Origin: Candidatus Lustribacter sp. | GTDB taxonomy: Bacteria; Vulcanimicrobiota; Vulcanimicrobiia; Vulcanimicrobiales; Vulcanimicrobiaceae | Reading direction: 5' to 3' | Assembly: GCA_965277805.1 (NCBI GenBank) | Contig: OZ255842.1 | Coordinates: 5,216,001-5,280,000, forward strand | DNA: 64,000 nt | Part shown: positions 55,116 to 64,000 of the stretch, piece after piece | Numbering within the stretch: the stretch's first letter is position 1 | Layout: every line of letters begins with the position of its first letter | Position numbers and translations under genes: made by a program | The notes under the pieces: generated by a model | What the model was told of the DNA's origin: nothing | What the model saw: the letters and a program-made list of their open reading frames with translations, nothing else | Database searches by the model: none

Positions 55116-56107
55116 CGTACGAACCTCCCGGGCACGTTGGATGGGCCCGATGCTCCGGGCGCGTTCGGCACCGGCATCGGCGCAGCGACCGGTGCGTGGG
55201 CCGTGGCGGCGGGCGCCGGACCGCGCGTTGAGCCGGTGAGGTTTACGGTGCCCGTCGGCAGGCCGTTCGGCGTCGGAGTGCCGGTCGGGGTAGCCGTCGG
55301 CGTGCTGGTCGGCTGCGGCGTCGGCGAGCTGTGGTTCGTCACGGCGATCCCGACCGCGGCTGCGGCGGCCGCGCCTGCAGCCACCGGCACCACGGCTCCC
55401 GCGGCCGCGCCGGCAGCGGCGCCACCGGCTGCCGCGCCGACCGACGGCGTTACCGCAACGCCGGCGCCCGCGAACGCACCGGTCACCGCGCCGAGTGCGC
55501 CGGTCGTTACGGCGCCGAGCGCCGAAACCGTGAGAAACTGTCCGGCCGCGAGCGCAAACGTTTGCGTGCCGACCTGCACGACGACGCTGTCGGCCGCACA
55601 GACGACACAGCCGACGGTCGTGACGCCGTTGACGAACGCGAGCAGGCCGACGGTTCCGCGCACGGCGACCTGCGAGGTCGGCGTAACGAAATGGTAGTTG
55701 GCCGCGCCGCCTTCAGGACGTTTAATCTCGAAACGTAAACGCGATCCGTCGTTCACCGTGATCGTCGCGCCCGGCGACGCGGTCGTGTTGTCGAAGGCGC
55801 CGACGAGCACCGAGGTGTTTTCGCCGAGTTCGATCAGCGACGAATCGGGCATTGCGATCTGCGCCGCCGACTTGGCGCGCGTTACCGCGTAATCTTGATC
55901 CGGCAAATCGAACTTGCCGAAGACTTGCTTGTAATCGCCGGCGTCCTTTTGGGTCGCGTACCCGATGTCGCCGCGCAAGCGTTGCAGCTGTTTGGTCGCG
56001 TCGGCCGCCTGGGACGCACGCGGCAAGATGCCTGCGATCAGGCCGCAGGCGAGCAGAACTGCGAAACCGATCCGTAGATCGGGTGAACCGGCAAAGCGAC
56101 GCGGCAT
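55112..56107 (-). CDS. FecR-domain exported protein with Ala/Gly and Pro/Thr tail
   Basis: Signal peptide; SAAQIAMPDSSLIELGENT...FVTPTSQVAVRGT. Confidence 0.75.
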   Translation of the reverse strand: MPRRFAGSPDLRIGFAVLLACGLIAGILPRASQAADATKQLQRLRGDIGYATQKDAGDYKQVFGKFDLPDQDYAVTRAKSAAQIAMPDSSLIELGENTSVLVGAFDNTTASPGATITVNDGSRLRFEIKRPEGGAANYHFVTPTSQVAVRGTVGLLAFVNGVTTVGCVVCAADSVVVQVGTQTFALAAGQFLTVSALGAVTTGALGAVTGAFAGAGVAVTPSVGAAAGGAAAGAAAGAVVPVAAGAAAAAAVGIAVTNHSSPTPQPTSTPTATPTGTPTPNGLPTGTVNLTGSTRGPAPAATAHAPVAAPMPVPNAPGASGPSNVPGRFVR

Positions 56108-56198
56108 CGGAGACTCCCAGCGGGTGAGAGGCCGTTTTTCGACGCCGGGCGGCTGCTTACTCGTCTCTCACGTCAAGTGTGAGATGACGGCGGGCCGG

Positions 56199-56855
56199 TT
56201 AGGACTCGACCTTAACCGCCCCGGACTCGTCGATCACGATAACCGAGTCGAATTGCTGCGGGTCGCTCCCATGGCCGCCCGAGATCCGGCTATGGACGGC
56301 CAGGCGGTGCTTCCCGCCCTGGTCGCCGAGCGAAGACATGCGCAGCAGCGGCTGCTGGTTGGGCTGCGGCATGTCGAGCCGGCCGAGGCGAATCAGCGCG
56401 TCGAGGACGCGTTGCTGCACCTTCATCGGCAGCATGCGATAGGCGTCGTCGTTCTTGTCCATCGCGGCAAGCTCGGCCGCGGCCTTATTGCCGACTTCGT
56501 GCATGTCTTTGCAGAAGCGAACCAGCGCGTCGTAGTCGTCGGCCGCGATGCCGCTGAAGGTGCAGCCGAGCAGCGTCCACTGCATGTTTTCGCGCAAAAT
56601 CGTCCCGCTGCGGGCGGTGTGCAGGCGCGTGCGGATCTTGCGATTGCCGATTTCCATGATGATGTCGAAGTCGGGCACGCCGGGCGGCGTCTTGGTCGCG
56701 AGGAGGCAGCCGTTGAGCGAAATCTCCATACCGACGCCCGGAATCAGCTCGTTGCCGTTCTTGACCCAGGATATGTTGAAACGGGCCTTCTTGCGAGGCG
56801 AGTGGCGACGTTCTTTTTGCTTTCCACTGAATAACTTGGTCAGCTCGTTGAACAA
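56199..56855 (-). CDS. PilZ-domain protein with additional C-terminal domain
   Basis: ERRHSPR (RxxxR) and EISLNG (variant of D/NxSxxG). Confidence 0.7.
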   Translation of the reverse strand: MFNELTKLFSGKQKERRHSPRKKARFNISWVKNGNELIPGVGMEISLNGCLLATKTPPGVPDFDIIMEIGNRKIRTRLHTARSGTILRENMQWTLLGCTFSGIAADDYDALVRFCKDMHEVGNKAAAELAAMDKNDDAYRMLPMKVQQRVLDALIRLGRLDMPQPNQQPLLRMSSLGDQGGKHRLAVHSRISGGHGSDPQQFDSVIVIDESGAVKVES

Positions 56856-56882
56856 TACGCTCTCCCGGAGCCGGGCATCCCG

Positions 56883-57518
56883 ATGGCGAACTCTACGGTG
56901 GTGTTTATCACGTTCGAGGGCATTGAAGCCGCTGGAAAGTCGACGCTCATCTCCGCATTGAACGACGACCTACGGGCTAGCGGCGCTAACGTCCTCGTTA
57001 CCCGGGAGCCCGGCGGTACACCGTTGGGTGACCGTATTCGCCAAATCTGGCGCGATCCCGCGAGCGCGATCGACCCGTTGGCTGAGGCGCTGCTGATGAG
57101 CGCCGATCGGGCCCAGCACGTCGCTGCGGTGATCACCCCCGCCTTACGGGCCGGGGCCACCATTCTGTGCGACCGCTATTTCGACGCCACGATCGCCTAC
57201 CAAGGCTTCGGGCGCGGCTTGGACATCGAGACGCTGCTCGAGCTCTCCCTGCTCGCCACGAGCCGCGTGACGCCCGATCTGACGTTGTTGATCGACATCC
57301 CGCCCGAGCTCTCGCTCGCCCGCGTGCAGGCGCGCGGTGAGGCCGACCGGATGGAGCTCGAAGACCTCGCGTTCCACACCCGCGTCCGCGCCGGCTACAT
57401 GGAACTCGTCAAGCGGTTCACCCACCGCTTCACGGTCATTGACGGAACGCTGCCGCCGGCGGGGGTGCTGGCCGCCGCGCATGCCGCGATCGGCGCGCGG
57501 CGGACGGCGATCCGGTGA
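56883..57518 (+). CDS. tmk: thymidylate kinase
   Basis: FITFEGIEAAGKST, TREPGGT, ADRAQH, CDRY, AYQG. Confidence 0.95.
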   Translation: MANSTVVFITFEGIEAAGKSTLISALNDDLRASGANVLVTREPGGTPLGDRIRQIWRDPASAIDPLAEALLMSADRAQHVAAVITPALRAGATILCDRYFDATIAYQGFGRGLDIETLLELSLLATSRVTPDLTLLIDIPPELSLARVQARGEADRMELEDLAFHTRVRAGYMELVKRFTHRFTVIDGTLPPAGVLAAAHAAIGARRTAIR

Positions 57519-58519
57519 TCGACGGTCAGTTTGACGTCGTCGGCGCGAGCGGTCCCAAGCAATTCTTCGAAGGGCTGACGGCCGAGACGCTCTCGCACGG
57601 CTATCTGTTCGCCGGGCCGGCCGGCGTCGGCAAGAAGACGTTCGCGCTGCGTCTCGCCCAGTCGCTCTTGTGCGTGACGCCGAAGACGACGCTGCTGGGC
57701 TACTGCGGGACGTGCAGCGGCTGCACGCGCGTCATGAGCGGCGTGCATCCCGACCTGTACTTTTCCGAAGGTCAGGTGAAGATCGGGGAGCGTGAAAACA
57801 GCGGATTTCACAATGCGGAAGACGCGACTGCGCGCGATTTGGTGCGGCAGCTCTCGATGCATTCCTACGCCGGCGGCTGGCGCGTGTTCGTCCTCGGCGA
57901 CGTTGACTTCACCCGCGAAGCCGCCAACGCGCTGCTGAAATTTTTTGAAGAACCGCCGCCCGGCGTGGTGCTGATCTTGACGACGACCGCGCTCGAACGC
58001 CTGTTGCCCACGGTGCGCTCGCGCTTGCTCGAAGTTACGTTCGCGCCGCTCACCGCGCGCGAGGTTGCCGTCATTCTCGAACGTGAGGGTGTCGAGCCGG
58101 ACGTCGCCGCACACGCGGCGAGCATTGCGGGCGGCAGCATGACGCGCGCGCGCGCACTGCTCGACGGCGAGGGCACGATGCGCGATGCGGCCGTCACCTG
58201 GTTCTTCGATACGCTCGAAGGCGGCGCGCCGGATGCAACCGGCTGGGCGACGCGGCCGACGCTCGAGGAAGGCCTCGAGGTCGTCAAGACGCTGACGCGC
58301 GACTGGCTTGCGCTGAGCGTCGGCGGCGCGGACGTGCCGCTCTTAGCGCGCGATCAAGCCGAACGCATCAGCCGGTTGCCGCGCCGCGATCCGGCCGCGA
58401 TCGCGCGCGCGCTCGGCGCGCTCGGCGATGCCGAACGCGTCGCCCGCACCAACGTGTCGCCCGCACTCGTTGCCGACTTAGCGAAAATGGCGCTCGCGAC
58501 TACCAACGCGGCGGGGTGA
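57515..58519 (+). CDS. holB: DNA polymerase III subunit delta'
   Basis: HGYLFAGPAGVGK, LC...CGTCSGC, HPD, AANALLKFFEEPP, LPTVRSR; follows tmk. Confidence 0.92.
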   Translation: MIDGQFDVVGASGPKQFFEGLTAETLSHGYLFAGPAGVGKKTFALRLAQSLLCVTPKTTLLGYCGTCSGCTRVMSGVHPDLYFSEGQVKIGERENSGFHNAEDATARDLVRQLSMHSYAGGWRVFVLGDVDFTREAANALLKFFEEPPPGVVLILTTTALERLLPTVRSRLLEVTFAPLTAREVAVILEREGVEPDVAAHAASIAGGSMTRARALLDGEGTMRDAAVTWFFDTLEGGAPDATGWATRPTLEEGLEVVKTLTRDWLALSVGGADVPLLARDQAERISRLPRRDPAAIARALGALGDAERVARTNVSPALVADLAKMALATTNAAG

Positions 58520-59213
58520 ACGAAACGTCCGTATAGACTTTCGCCATCACGATCGCGACGTAACCGGTGAGAATCGCCTGCACGACCGCGTCGAGTAAGA
58601 GGCCGATCATTTGCGAGGTGACGCCGAGCGCGCCGAAGATCCAGCTGTCGATGTAATTGCCGGCATAGAACATCAGCACGAGCGCGACCGCGGTGAGCAG
58701 TGCCGCGCCCAGCGGTGCGCTCTTCACGCGCTCGATCGACACGCTGATCGCGGCGCTGCCCGGAATGCCGCCGATCGCCGCCGCCGCGATCGTGAAGATC
58801 AACGCATAGACGGCGATCGCGAGCAGAATGATGCCGACGACGCCCGGCAAGATCGTGCCCGCGTACTGCGCAATGCTCAGCACGAAGGTGAAGCCGAACG
58901 CCGCGAAGAGGATGTCGCGGCCTTTGTTGCGCGCGTCCTGCCACGCATCGTCGAACGATGCGGCGCCGCGGCGCCAGCCCATGTCGCCGATGATGATCGC
59001 GACGCCGAGCGCGAAGAGCTGAATCAACAGCAGCAAAAACGTCGTGAGGCTCGCGATGATACCGCCGCCGGTGACGTCGGAAAGCTGGCTCACCAGAACG
59101 CCGATGACGCCGGCGAGCAACGGCAACACGATCACCGTCGGGTTGCGCGCGAACACGCCGAAGGCGCGAAGGTAGACGGAGAAGTCGATGCGCTCGCGCG
59201 AGGGCCGGTTCAC
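58500..59213 (-). CDS. multi-pass membrane protein of unknown function
   Basis: About six hydrophobic segments; starts immediately after the MTAP stop. Confidence 0.7.
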   Translation of the reverse strand: MNRPSRERIDFSVYLRAFGVFARNPTVIVLPLLAGVIGVLVSQLSDVTGGGIIASLTTFLLLLIQLFALGVAIIIGDMGWRRGAASFDDAWQDARNKGRDILFAAFGFTFVLSIAQYAGTILPGVVGIILLAIAVYALIFTIAAAAIGGIPGSAAISVSIERVKSAPLGAALLTAVALVLMFYAGNYIDSWIFGALGVTSQMIGLLLDAVVQAILTGYVAIVMAKVYTDVSFTPPRW

Positions 59214-59217
59214 GCGT

Positions 59218-60033
59218 TCAGCCGCGCGCGCCCGCAAGTGCGGAACCGCACGTGCAGGTGCGTTCCTTGGGCAGCGTCTCGATGATCTTGAAGATCCCTT
59301 GCTTCACCCGTTCGTTGTTGGTCGCGAAGACCTGCATCACGTCGTGGTGCGAAACCGGCTTGATGTCGCCCTGACCTTCGAGACCGACGTCGTAGTCGGT
59401 GATCAGCGAGATGTTGACGTAGCACATCTCGAGTTCACGCGCGAGATAGGACTCCGGGTAGTTGGTCATGTTGATCACTTCCCAGCCCAGGCCGGAAAAC
59501 CACTTGGATTCCGCGCGCGTCGAGAAACGCGGGCCCTGAATCACGACGATCGTGCCGGTTTCGTGCGTTTCGATATTGAGATCGCGCAGCGCCTTGACCG
59601 CGACCGGGCGCATCTGCGCGCAGTACGGATCGGCGAAGCTGACGTGCGTCGTGATCGGGCCGTCGTAGAACGTGTCCTTGCGGCCGCTCGTACGATCGAC
59701 GATCTGATCGGCGACGACCATCGAGCCCGGCTTCACGTGTTCTTGCAGCGAGCCGCAGGCGGTCGGACCGATGATGCGCGTGATGCCGAGTTCTTTGAAC
59801 GCCCAGGCGTTGGCGCGATAGTTGATCGCTTGCGGCGGAAAGCGGTGATCCTTGCCGTGCCTCGGCAGAAACGCAACCTTACGCCCAGCAATTTCCCCAA
59901 GCGCAATCTTATCTGACGGGGCGCCGTACGGAGTTTCTACCCATACCTCACGCGGATTGTCGATCAGGCTATAAAAGCCGGACCCGCCAAAAACCCCAAT
60001 CTCCGCCGAATCAGTCGCCAACGTGTCCCCCAA
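59218..60033 (-). CDS. mtnP: S-methyl-5'-thioadenosine phosphorylase
   Basis: IGVFGGSGFY, TPYGAPS, FLPRHG, NYRAN, GPRFSTRAES, INMT, ITDYD. Confidence 0.9.
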   Translation of the reverse strand: MGDTLATDSAEIGVFGGSGFYSLIDNPREVWVETPYGAPSDKIALGEIAGRKVAFLPRHGKDHRFPPQAINYRANAWAFKELGITRIIGPTACGSLQEHVKPGSMVVADQIVDRTSGRKDTFYDGPITTHVSFADPYCAQMRPVAVKALRDLNIETHETGTIVVIQGPRFSTRAESKWFSGLGWEVINMTNYPESYLARELEMCYVNISLITDYDVGLEGQGDIKPVSHHDVMQVFATNNERVKQGIFKIIETLPKERTCTCGSALAGARG

Positions 60034-60075
60034 TTAGCAAAGCGCAACGCCCCGCCTTCGAGCCCCCGCACCCCC

Positions 60076-60100
60076 TGTCATCCCGAGCTTCTCGAGGGAC
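60076..60100 (+). repeat. 25-bp REP-like repeat, copy 3 (24/25 identical)
   Basis: TGTCATCCCGAGCTTCTCGAGGGAC, preceded by a C-rich run as in copy 1. Confidence 0.85.
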
Positions 60101-60116
60101 CGCCCCAGCGGCCGCG

Positions 60117-60590
60117 TTATTCGATGAAGTCTGAGGGCTTCAGTTCGTCGATGAACTTCTTGAACTTGTGCGTGTCGGCAACTTCGGCTTTTTTGTCGGG
60201 CACCGATTCTTCGAGAGCGATCTTGTCGGTGACGAAGATCGGGGCTTGCATGCGCAGCGCGAGCGCGATGCCGTCGGATGGGCGCGCGTCGATTTCCTGG
60301 ACTTCGCCGTTCGTGCGCACGATGAGCTTGGCGAAGAACGTCGAGTCCTTGATGTCGTGGATGACGATCTGCTCGAGCTTCGAGTGCTGCGATTCGAGCA
60401 ATGCGCGCATGAGGTCATGCGAAAGCGGCCGCGGTACCGCGGTCCCCTCAAGTGCCAGCGCAATCGCGGTCGCCTCGAACGGGCCGATCAGGATCGGCAG
60501 GTAGCGCTTGCCTTCGAGGTCCTTCAGGATGACGACCGGATCGTGCGTCAGCAAATCGATTCCCAGCTTGTCGACCTTCATCTGCCGCAT
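60117..60590 (-). CDS. bifunctional nuclease family protein (DUF151)
   Basis: LPILIGPFEATAI, PRPLSHDL, IDARPSDGIALALR; ATG 60590. Confidence 0.9.
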   Translation of the reverse strand: MRQMKVDKLGIDLLTHDPVVILKDLEGKRYLPILIGPFEATAIALALEGTAVPRPLSHDLMRALLESQHSKLEQIVIHDIKDSTFFAKLIVRTNGEVQEIDARPSDGIALALRMQAPIFVTDKIALEESVPDKKAEVADTHKFKKFIDELKPSDFIE

Positions 60591-60692
60591 TCTGGTAAGT
60601 CCGACGGGCCAAGGACGAATCCTTCGGTAAGGGTGAACCCCACACCGATGCTTTTCTTTTGTGCTACTCGCCAAATGTCGCAGGTCTCATAG

Positions 60693-61787
60693 ATGGCTCT
60701 GGCGTGCGGCATCGTCGGCCTCCCCAATGTCGGTAAATCGACGATCTTTAACGCGCTGACCCGCTCGGCGCAAGCGCTCGCGGCAAACTATCCGTTTGCG
60801 ACGATCGAGCCAAACGTGGGCGAGGTGCCGGTTCCCGACCCGCGGCTCGAAACGCTGGCTGAGATAAGCGCCTCGAAAAAGATCGTTCACGCGACCGTCC
60901 GATTTGTCGATATCGCGGGTCTCGTGCGCGGCGCCGCCAGCGGCGAGGGATTGGGCAACGCGTTCCTCTCCCACATTCGGGAGACCGACGCGATCGCCAT
61001 GGTGGTGCGCTGCTTCGACGATCCCAACATCACGCACGTCGAAGGCGCGCCCGACCCGCTGCGCGACATCGAAATCGTGGCCATCGAAATGGCGCTCGCT
61101 GACTTGGCGACGCTCGGGAAGCGGCGCGAACGGCTCGCGCGCGAGGTGCGTGCCAATCCCAAGCAAGCGCCGCAGCTGACCGCGCTCGACAACCTCGTGC
61201 AGGCGCTGGAGAACAACCGTCCGGCGCGCTCGTTCCCGGCCGATTCGGCCGAGGCGGCGCTGGCGCGCGAGCTCTTTTTGTTGAGCAACAAGCCGATGCT
61301 CTACGTGGCCAACATCGACGAAGCGCAGATTACGGCGCCCGGCCCGATGGTGCAAGCCGTCATCGCGCACGCCAAGGCCGAGAACAGCCGCACGATCGCA
61401 TTCTCGGGCAAGATCGAGTCGGAGTTCGCCGGCCTGACCGATGAGGAGGCGCAGGCCTTCCGCGAGGACTACGGGATCGCGTCGGGCGGGCTCGACCGGC
61501 TTATCGTTGAGGTCTACGACCTGCTCGGCCTGATGACGTTCCTCACCACCGGCGAGCAAGAGAGCCGCGCTTGGACGATCGAAAAGGGCACCAAGGCGCC
61601 GGCGGCCGCCGGGAAGATCCATAGCGACATCGAGCGCGGCTTCATCCGGGCCGAGATCATCGACTACGCCGACTACGTGCAGTACCGCACACCTGAGGCT
61701 CTACGGGCGCTCGGCAAGATCCGCAGCGAGGGCAAGGAGTACGTGATGCGGGAAGGCGACGTGGTCGAGTTCCGCTTCAACGTGTAA
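60693..61787 (+). CDS. ychF: OBG-family ATPase YchF
   Basis: GIVGLPNVGKST, NYPFATIEPN, DIAGLV, GEGLGN, IHSDIERGFIRAE, EGKEYVM. Confidence 0.96.
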   Translation: MALACGIVGLPNVGKSTIFNALTRSAQALAANYPFATIEPNVGEVPVPDPRLETLAEISASKKIVHATVRFVDIAGLVRGAASGEGLGNAFLSHIRETDAIAMVVRCFDDPNITHVEGAPDPLRDIEIVAIEMALADLATLGKRRERLAREVRANPKQAPQLTALDNLVQALENNRPARSFPADSAEAALARELFLLSNKPMLYVANIDEAQITAPGPMVQAVIAHAKAENSRTIAFSGKIESEFAGLTDEEAQAFREDYGIASGGLDRLIVEVYDLLGLMTFLTTGEQESRAWTIEKGTKAPAAAGKIHSDIERGFIRAEIIDYADYVQYRTPEALRALGKIRSEGKEYVMREGDVVEFRFNV

Positions 61788-61867
61788 CGTTTGACCGGAA
61801 AATTGCGTCTTATTGAGTAGATCGGTTCGCCAAATGGCCAATTGGGGTCGCGAGGCGAGGAGGGGTT

Positions 61868-63130
61868 ATGACGACCACGACAGTTCGGGACGTCTCGGTT
61901 TTCGGGGACGCGATGGCCTATTTCGAGGAGGCGGCCTCGCTGCTGAACCTCGAGCCCGGGATCCGGGCGCTCCTGACCCACCCCTCCCGCCAGATCATCT
62001 TCTCGATCCCGTTCCAGCGTGACAACGGCAGTCTCGAGGTCTACACCGGCTATCGGGTCCAGTACAACTTCGCCCGCGGGCCGGCCAAGGGCGGCATCCG
62101 CTATCATCCGGGGGTGACCCTCGATGAGGTCACGGCCCTGGCGTTTTGGATGACCTGGAAGTGCGCCGTCGTCGATCTGCCGTTCGGCGGCGGAAAGGGC
62201 GGCGTCACCTGCGATCCAAGCGAGCTCTCGCCCGGCGAACTCGAGCGCATCACGCGCCGCTACGCGGCCGAGCTCGTCGAGGTCGTCGGCCCCGACAAGG
62301 ACGTGCCCGCGCCCGATGTCGGCACCACGCCCCAGATCATGGCCTGGTTCATGGACACCTACTCGATGCACATGCGCACGAGCGTGCCCGGAGTCGTCAC
62401 CGGAAAGCCGGTGGAGATCGGCGGTTCGGCGGGGCGGGTGGAAGCGACCGGCCGCGGCGTGTCGCTCGTCGCGTTCGAAGAGCTGAATCATCTCGGCATC
62501 GCGCCCGGCGAGGCGCGCGTCGTCGTGCAAGGCTTCGGCAACGTCGGATCGGTTGCGGCCAAGATGTTCGCGGCGCGCGGCTGCAAGGTGATCGGCATCT
62601 CCGATATCAGCGGCGGCTACGTCAACCGTAACGGGATCGACATTCCCGGCGCGATCGCGTACGCGCAGGAGCATCACTCGCTGGAGGGTTATCGCGGGGG
62701 CGAGCACGTTTCGAATGAAGATCTGCTCGAAGCCGAGTGCGACGTGCTCGTGCCGGCCGCGCTCGAGAAAGTACTGACCGCCGAAAATGCCGAGCGCATC
62801 CGCGCGAAACTGATCGTCGAAGGCGCTAACGGACCGACCACGCCCGAAGCCGATCACATCTTACAGCGCAAGGGCACGGTGATCGTTCCCGACATCCTCG
62901 GCAACGCCGGCGGCGTGATCGTTTCGTATTTCGAATGGGTGCAGGACCGTCAGGGCTACTTCTGGCGCGAATCGGAAGTCAACGAGCGGCTCGAAGAATT
63001 GTTGCTTACGAACTTCCGCCGCGTGCGCGAAGTCGCGATCTCGCGCAAGATCCCGTATCGCACGGCCGCCTACGTGGTCGCGATCGAGCGCGTCGTGCGC
63101 TCGATGAAAATGCGGGGCGTCTACGCCTGA
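61868..63130 (+). CDS. Glu/Leu/Phe/Val dehydrogenase, probably glutamate dehydrogenase
   Basis: GPAKGGIRYHP, MTWK, GGGKGG, DVPAPDVGT, QGFGNVG, EGANGP, NAGGVIVSYFEWVQ. Confidence 0.93.
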   Translation: MTTTTVRDVSVFGDAMAYFEEAASLLNLEPGIRALLTHPSRQIIFSIPFQRDNGSLEVYTGYRVQYNFARGPAKGGIRYHPGVTLDEVTALAFWMTWKCAVVDLPFGGGKGGVTCDPSELSPGELERITRRYAAELVEVVGPDKDVPAPDVGTTPQIMAWFMDTYSMHMRTSVPGVVTGKPVEIGGSAGRVEATGRGVSLVAFEELNHLGIAPGEARVVVQGFGNVGSVAAKMFAARGCKVIGISDISGGYVNRNGIDIPGAIAYAQEHHSLEGYRGGEHVSNEDLLEAECDVLVPAALEKVLTAENAERIRAKLIVEGANGPTTPEADHILQRKGTVIVPDILGNAGGVIVSYFEWVQDRQGYFWRESEVNERLEELLLTNFRRVREVAISRKIPYRTAAYVVAIERVVRSMKMRGVYA

Positions 63131-63468
63131 TGTGACGGCGGGATGATCTGCTGCATCGAAGGTTCCTGCGTTTCACCGCCGGCCTCTTCGTATGCCGCCA
63201 ACGTTCCATCGTAGACGCGCACGTCGGCGAAGCCATCGGCGCGCATCCGCTCGGCAATGCGTTCGAGCGTTTCATCGTGCCCGTGTTCCGAGTAGAGGAC
63301 CACGCGGTCTTCGTGTGAGATCGGCAGCGCGAGGTGCTCGGCTTCGAGTAATTCGCTCGGGCTATAACGGATCGCGCCGCGGATTTCACGCCGGCCCGGT
63401 TGCTTGCCCGCATTGATGATCGTCGTGTGCGGATCGTGGGACAGGAGCTCGCTTTCCGATATCGTCAT
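63121..63468 (-). CDS. rhodanese-like single-domain protein lacking the catalytic Cys
   Basis: IRGA, VVLYSEHG (Ser at the Cys position), GFADVRVYDGTLAAY; ATG 63468. Confidence 0.72.
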   Translation of the reverse strand: MTISESELLSHDPHTTIINAGKQPGRREIRGAIRYSPSELLEAEHLALPISHEDRVVLYSEHGHDETLERIAERMRADGFADVRVYDGTLAAYEEAGGETQEPSMQQIIPPSHQA

Positions 63469-63485
63469 TTGCCCGGTATTCCCAC

Positions 63486-64000
63486 CTAGGGGGCAAACGC
63501 AACTTGCGCGCGCAGGCGGATACTGCTGAGGACGGCTGCGATCACGATGCAGGTGCAGGCGACGACCAGCGCCGTCGTCGGCGTGCCGCCCATTTCGAAC
63601 ACGATGGCCACGAACACCGCGCCGAGCGTTTGACCCGTCACGCGCGCGGTCGTCATGACGGCGGCCGCGCGGCCGGTCTTTTCGTGCGGCGCGGAGATGA
63701 GGATCGCGCGGTTGTTCGGCGTTTGGAACGTCGCGAAGCCGGCTCCGGCGATACCCGCGAACGTGACGATCGTCCAGACCCCGGGCGCCGCGGGCAATAA
63801 CGCAAAGCCCGCCAGCCCGGCGCCCATGACGAGGATCCCGAGCGTGCAAAGGATCGAGGCCGGATGGCGGTCGGAGAGACGTCCCATCTGCAGCGCCACG
63901 ATCAGCGAGGCGAACGGCCATGCCGAGAGCAGCAACCCCGACTCCCACGGCGACTTACCGAGCACGTTTTGAAAGTAGAACGGCAGCGAAACGTAGGCGA
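63486..64000 (-). CDS. MFS transporter, DHA2-like (3' part; runs off the window end)
   Basis: GRLSDR loop, GAGFATFQTPNNRAI, TARVTGQTLGA. Confidence 0.85.
   Translation of the reverse strand, partial: AYVSLPFYFQNVLGKSPWESGLLLSAWPFASLIVALQMGRLSDRHPASILCTLGILVMGAGLAGFALLPAAPGVWTIVTFAGIAGAGFATFQTPNNRAILISAPHEKTGRAAAVMTTARVTGQTLGAVFVAIVFEMGGTPTTALVVACTCIVIAAVLSSIRLRAQVAFAP

Noticed and set aside
55140-55460. GCC/CCG-rich quasi-repeats (also 40200-40345)
   Set aside because: Explained by Ala/Gly and Pro/Thr linkers in exported proteins.
47302-60100. The 25-bp repeats as a CRISPR array or as IS/prophage ends
   Set aside because: Copies are kilobases apart, in both orientations, and flank housekeeping genes; no cas, transposase or integrase gene is in the window.

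Overview
High-GC bacterial chromosomal segment, densely coding and mostly housekeeping or metabolic. The gene repertoire and style suggest Ca. Eremiobacterota/WPS-2-like bacteria (inference only). In order: sufB (5' part); a polyamine/one-carbon block speD-speE-gcvT-gcvH-[degenerate Fic]-metH-metF-gcvPA-gcvPB; NUDIX-scpAB-RecG-like helicase-nfo-dinB; a membrane GGDEF-EAL protein; a four-gene redox module; AKR, lhr, GNAT, DUF1501/DUF1800; a degenerate AdnAB/AddAB-like pair; ispE; a glycoside hydrolase; pdxST; a PP2C/STAS/anti-sigma module; an HNH cluster; an Arg/Lys decarboxylase; zwf; hydrolases; AAA-R3H; PilZ/FecR/lipoprotein; tmk-holB; MTAP; DUF151; ychF; gdh; and an MFS gene. The best candidate for an undescribed system is the redox module at 19926-22726: a Cyc2-like CxxCH cytochrome-porin flanked by two type-1 copper lipoproteins and an SCO copper chaperone. 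Other notable signals are a Fic protein lacking its catalytic His with a palindromic operator, an unusual speD leader (G7TG7 promoter spacer, leader terminator, uORF, distant SD with TTG start), two frames that appear to start at non-canonical ATC/ATA codons, and a 25-bp REP-like repeat that supplies the zwf stop codon. No rRNA, tRNA, CRISPR array, transposase or integrase was recognised. All family assignments come from motif recognition by eye, not database searches.
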